This document shows, piece after piece, positions 39,804 through 44,169 of a stretch of DNA of 44,169 nucleotides; positions within the stretch are counted from its first letter, which is position 1; each line of letters opens with the position of its first letter. Origin of the DNA: Chrysochromulina tobinii (lineage: Eukaryota); assembly GCA_001275005.1 (NCBI GenBank), contig JWZX01003276.1:1-44169 (forward strand), given 5' to 3'. Position numbers and translations under genes: made by a program. The notes below the pieces were generated by a model. The model was not told the DNA's origin. It did not search any database and saw only the letters and a program-made list of their open reading frames with translations.

Positions 39804-41123
39804 ATGTCTCAGCTCCTCAAGTTGACGGACAGCTTTGGTCGCGTCCTCCGGGAGGAATGGGTAGAGTATGGGGATCCCGACCCAGCGTGGTATGTCGAAG
39901 CCAGGCGCAATATCCGCGAGGCGAAGAAGGAGCGGCGCAGCTACGGCAACCCATGGGGCTCGCCGATGCGGAGGGGTGAGGGATGGCACAAGCGTGGGTA
40001 CCGCGACGCGTACAACAATCTGACGGTGACGTGCTCCTTCTCGCCACCGCACGGCGGAAGTCACACGCTCGAGTTTACGGAGACAGCCACCGCGAAGCAC
40101 ATCACACGGCAGGCCGTCATGATTCAGACAGGTGGCGATCTGCCGAGGGACGTGCAATGCGTATGCTTTCACAAGAAGCGCGAGCTGCCCGTTGACGGCA
40201 CGCGGACAGCTGCCGACTACCGCATCGAGTCCGGCGAAATCATCTATCTCAAGTGCTATGACGAGCGCGGCAATCAGCTCCGTTGGTACTCCTGGAATCT
40301 TTGCAAGCCGTCACACTTCATTGATGACGATGGGTTCGAAGTTCTCGATGAGGCCTTTGGCACGCAGCTACAGGACATCGCCTGCGCCGAGGACGTTCCA
40401 GCGAGCCTCGCACGCGCCGCGGGCGTCTCCAAGGGTGTCATCGCCGAATGGTTCGCTTGGCGCCGCGCGACAACTGGCGAGGGCGACCAAGGGGAGGGCG
40501 ACGCCGGTCGAGTCGCGCGGGCCCAGGCAGCACAAGCGCACGCGGTGCGGGCGGCTCGGGTGGCACAGGAGGCGCTGGCGGCTCGGCGGAGTCGCGAGCT
40601 GCTCGTCGAGGGCGAGATCGTCGAGATTGCACCGGACCTACCCGGCGCCTGCTGGTGCGCGCTACGCCCACGTGTCGGTCGTCCGTCCGACGTGTACCCC
40701 CCCGATGGGTCGTTCCCGGTGCCTGGTCACGGGCTGCTCGACACGGGCAACGCCGCCATCACGATGATCAATCCCCAGACCGCCGCGGCGGCAGGCATCG
40801 CGCCCAACCCTGGGCTGGCAGTGCAGATCCGCGGTGTGAATGGCGTCAGCGAGTACCCGACCGCAACCGTGCACATCCGGATCCGTGGTGTGGAACGCCG
40901 GGTCACTGCGGCCATTGGCGGTGCGCAGGGGGTCTTAGTCGGCGAAGACACGCTCGCCCCAATGTTCGAGAGCGGCTGGGCCGTTGCAGGCTTCTATGGG
41001 GTGGGCGTGGGCCCGGGACGTGTGCAATGGGTTCGGGCGGCGGCCGAGGCGCCGCCGGCCACGCCCCTCACCACCTTCCTCCCTCGGAGCCTCTCTCACA
41101 TGCCATTGGCCAGCGGCTGGTAG
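39804..41123 (+). CDS. Ubiquitin-like domain plus retropepsin-like aspartic protease (DDI1-like architecture)
   Basis: LPRDVQCVCFHKKRELPVDGTRTAADYRIESGEIIYL (Ubl); LLDTGN, IRGVNG flap and VLVGED (retropepsin). Confidence 0.7.
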   Translation: MSQLLKLTDSFGRVLREEWVEYGDPDPAWYVEARRNIREAKKERRSYGNPWGSPMRRGEGWHKRGYRDAYNNLTVTCSFSPPHGGSHTLEFTETATAKHITRQAVMIQTGGDLPRDVQCVCFHKKRELPVDGTRTAADYRIESGEIIYLKCYDERGNQLRWYSWNLCKPSHFIDDDGFEVLDEAFGTQLQDIACAEDVPASLARAAGVSKGVIAEWFAWRRATTGEGDQGEGDAGRVARAQAAQAHAVRAARVAQEALAARRSRELLVEGEIVEIAPDLPGACWCALRPRVGRPSDVYPPDGSFPVPGHGLLDTGNAAITMINPQTAAAAGIAPNPGLAVQIRGVNGVSEYPTATVHIRIRGVERRVTAAIGGAQGVLVGEDTLAPMFESGWAVAGFYGVGVGPGRVQWVRAAAEAPPATPLTTFLPRSLSHMPLASGW

Positions 41124-41712
41124 GAGCACCAAGACTCGGCGACGCCGGCCCTTCTATGCGCATGGCAGCGGGCAGGACGTGCCGCTCGAGCAGCAGCGGC
41201 GGCGGTGCTCGCGTTGAGTGCTTTTCCTTTTGCCCTCGTCCGATCTTAGCATGGATCTTAGAGATCTCCAACTCCTATGGAGATCTCGAGCATTCTGTAC
41301 TTTAGAGTGGCCCCATTGGAGGCCGCACTCTATGCTCTGTGTGATCTTCTGTCGTGTGAACGTGGAACGTGCTCTCCTTTGCGTTTCGAGCGTTATTTTG
41401 TACTAGAATCTCCATATATACAGCGCGTTCTTCGTGCGCGCGCGCTGTTGCACCGGAGAGTGACGCACCGCGCGTCGGCACGGCCATAAACACGCTACTA
41501 CACACGCGTTTGAAAGTTACACGATAAACCGCAAGCGGTCAGTTAGCGGTCAGTACAGACGCGACTGGGCGGGGCCACATGGCCGCGTGCCCGTCCGCGT
41601 ACTGCGGCACGGTCCTCGGGATGTAGACAGCGCACCTATATCACGCCGAAGGGATCGTGCAGTGCGCAGAGCTGTGCAGGTGCAACAACACTCAGCTGCT
41701 TCACGCGTTCAA

Positions 41713-42732
41713 TCATGCCGCCGCTCCTTCGGTCGCCCCCCGGTTGAGATCTCGCACCAGCGCGCTCACGGCATCGCTACTCAACTCGATGGTGCCGGCC
41801 TCAAGCAGGTCGGCGAGCGCGCCGAGCACCAGAGCGCTGCCCTCGGCGTTGCTGGCAGCAGTGACGTGGCACTCAGCGAGGTGCTCCGGTACCATGCTCG
41901 CCTCCTCGGAGACACTCACGAAAGGGATGTCAACCGTCGCATGGCGGTGCCAGCGTGTCAGGCCCTCGTCGTTTCCCTTCGGCTGGTCGCCCAGAGCGAT
42001 CGCGCGCCCCGCCACCACTGCCCCCCTCTTCAGCAGGTGGCTCACACAATGGCTTTTGTCGAGACCTTTCGGCACGCAGTCAAAGCACGCGCGTCCTGCG
42101 GGCCGGCCTTCGACTGCGTGCTCGGCGGCGGTGGGAACGGCGAAATATTTGGCCCCAAGTGAAGACGGCACGCCGACGAAGACCACGGCCGAGTTGCCGT
42201 TCCTCACCTCGATTCTAGGGCATCGATGGTTGTCCTGTGTCACCGGGATTTCGTCAGCGTTGCACTCGTGCAGGTAGCCGAGCGGCCCGTCGGTTGGGAC
42301 GAGAGCAGGCGTGGAGGCCAGGTCCTTGTAGAAGGCGCGGATGCCTGCACGCCCAGCCTCGATGAGGATCTCAACCACGCTGGGCTCAATGGAAAGCGAA
42401 AACTGGCCAGCAAGAGCCGCCGCAAAGGAGCTGTCCTCTTCCGGCTGACCGGTGTCGGCGCTTGCTGTGTAGAGCCGGAGCCCCGTCTGAACAGCCAGCA
42501 GCACTTGCCCGGCCTTTCTGAACTCGAGCGGCAAATCGTCGAAGAAACGTATTTGGTGCGTGGCCAAGGCAGAGCCGGTCACTCCAACAACTGTGCAGCC
42601 AAGGGAGAGCAAACGGCAGAGAGGCGCGTAGGCAGGTCCAATGCTGAGGTTCGGATGTACCACGGTGCTGCCCGCGCTGTATGGACGAGGCAGCAGCGTG
42701 CCGTCGAGGTCGGTCAAGATGGTCAGAGCCAT
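41713..42732 (-). CDS. HAD-superfamily subfamily IIB hydrolase
   Basis: ILTDLDGTLL (motif I), VGVTGS (II), FDCVPKGLDK (III), LGDQPKGND (IV). Confidence 0.85.
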   Translation of the reverse strand: MALTILTDLDGTLLPRPYSAGSTVVHPNLSIGPAYAPLCRLLSLGCTVVGVTGSALATHQIRFFDDLPLEFRKAGQVLLAVQTGLRLYTASADTGQPEEDSSFAAALAGQFSLSIEPSVVEILIEAGRAGIRAFYKDLASTPALVPTDGPLGYLHECNADEIPVTQDNHRCPRIEVRNGNSAVVFVGVPSSLGAKYFAVPTAAEHAVEGRPAGRACFDCVPKGLDKSHCVSHLLKRGAVVAGRAIALGDQPKGNDEGLTRWHRHATVDIPFVSVSEEASMVPEHLAECHVTAASNAEGSALVLGALADLLEAGTIELSSDAVSALVRDLNRGATEGAAA

Positions 42733-42841
42733 CCCGAACTAGTCGAGTTCGAGACGAGTCGAGACGGTGTGAGGAACTCGTGCAACATCGTTCGCTTCCC
42801 GTTTTCCAGTACAGTAGGAAGGAGTTCGGCCTTTGCCAAAT

Positions 42842-43185
42842 AATCTGTGCCGGTAAAAGTCCCCGGGGGGAGCCTGGACCACCCCGCCATCCAAGCCGCC
42901 GACGCCCAAACCGTCCTCAACGCTGCCAGCGCGCGCATGCTTCGCGTCTCATTTGGGGTCATGTAAGGTGTGTGTATTCTGAGCGGTCAGTAACAGTGCC
43001 GTAGCGCCGGTTGTCGCGTCTGTCGTTATACGAATATACGTTAAGTCTGTCGTGTTAACACACACGGGACACACGGGACACGCGGGCGCACAAAGGAATC
43101 TGTGCCGGTAAAAAGACACCGGGGGAGCCGGGACACACACGGACACGCGGGCGCACAACAGGACACACGACGGAACACACAGAAC
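42842..43185. repeat. Two further copies of the dispersed repeat family
   Basis: AATCTGTGCCGGTAAAA at 42842 and 43097, each followed by CCGGGGG(G)AGCC; GGGACACAC tracts in 43057-43185. Confidence 0.75.
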
Positions 43186-43190
43186 GTAGC

Positions 43191-44169
43191 GGACCGTTGA
43201 CGCGGGACGCGGCATCGGCCGCAGGGAGTGCGACGATTCGGAGAGAGACCGAAGAGGCCGCGGGATCACGAGGGAGCGTGATCTCGGGCGGGGGAACAGT
43301 GAGAGCCGTCCTGTGTCGCCCGTCCTGAACAGTGACGTGGCGAGGAAAAAGTGTGTGAACTGGGGAAGTAGGGGCGACGTCGCGGAGTGCGCGTCGCTTC
43401 TCGGCTCGTCTGCGTGCTGGGTCGCACGCCGAGCCTGGATTGTTCAACGTAGCGGCGGGCGACTCGTCGAACCGCAGATTGAGCGACCTCACCGGGCGCC
43501 TCACGGCGCTGGGCTACGTCGCTCAGCTCGTCGATGGCCCGTTACTACTGTCCACGACGGGAGGCCTCAGGCAGATGCCGAAGATCATGCCGTACAGTAC
43601 GTCGTCCGCCTCGGCCCCGACGAAGGAGCTACTCACGAACGCGTGGCTCGCGGGTTTCGTCGACGGGCTGAGCCAGGACGATGACCTCGATCTCCCACCG
43701 GGGCAGAAGCCAAAGTGGTCAACCCACTCGCTCCGCAGGTTGGCGGACACGGTGGCCAGGAGGTACCGAGTCGAGACCGGCGTCACCGAAGACCAGATCG
43801 ACATCTACTTCGGTTGGAATGAGAAGATTTTGTTGAAGGCGATGCAGGTGCATTACGCCTCTTTGAGCATCAAGGAGGGGAGGATGATGCTGGCGAAGAT
43901 CACGGCACACGGGCATGCTGTGATCAAGGCCGCCAAAGGATGGTATTACGAGCTGGGGGTGCTTGAGAGCTGGGGTGGGTACGCTGGCCCGCCGCCCACA
44001 AGGTGGCGGGCCGGCACGGTCTGTCGACCTGTACCCCAATGCTATACTATTCACAGCTGTTCCACCCTACGCAGGGACGAACGGAGCAGCGGTGCACTCA
44101 CGTAGGACCGTTGACGCGGGACGCGGCATCGGCCGCAGGGAGTGCGACGATTCGGAGAGAGACCGAAGA
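43191..44169 (+). mobile_element. Small, internally deleted tyrosine-recombinase element with direct repeats (DIRS-order Ngaro/PAT-like or Crypton-like); runs off the window
   Basis: 43191-43255 is identical to 44105-44169; a tyrosine recombinase fragment lies between them. Confidence 0.75.
43440..44105 (+). pseudogene. Tyrosine recombinase C-terminal catalytic fragment
   Basis: WSTHSLRR (HxxR), DIYFGW (H/W position) and MQVHYA (nucleophile Tyr); no ATG start and the N-terminal half is absent. Confidence 0.75.

Noticed and set aside
40700..40960. LTR retrotransposon around the aspartic protease
   Set aside because: No gag, RT, integrase or LTRs nearby; the protease is fused to a Ubl domain.

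Overview
GC-rich, gene-dense, intron-poor eukaryotic nuclear DNA, most likely from a flagellated alga with a secondary plastid. A haptophyte is my inference, based on GT-AG introns, a signal-peptide plus twin-Arg plastid-lumen presequence, a ciliary CFAP96 homologue and fused HisHF. There are about 18 protein genes: a membrane-anchored split trypsin-like protease, a novel GAAGLTS-repeat protein with an in-frame TAG, a duplicated-domain thylakoid-lumen protein, CFAP96, an F-box protein, a 2OG-Fe(II) oxygenase, a BTB-BACK-DOC protein, a multi-EF-hand protein, a membrane-anchored bacterial-type glycoside hydrolase, two proteins with Sfi1-like repeats, HIS7 with an apparent tail anchor, a PBZ-like/Hip-TPR fusion, a Ubl plus retropepsin protein, a HAD-IIB hydrolase and several hypotheticals. 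Mobile DNA: a 570-bp TIR element (MITE) with a 10-bp target duplication nested in a CTGTCGAG-repeat element, four copies of a short dispersed repeat, and a small tyrosine-recombinase element between direct repeats at the right edge. Several genes carry single-base lesions (two in-frame TAGs, two apparent +1 frameshifts) that could be assembly errors, pseudogenisation or recoding. No rRNA, tRNA or CRISPR was recognised. All family assignments come from motif recognition by eye; no searches were run.
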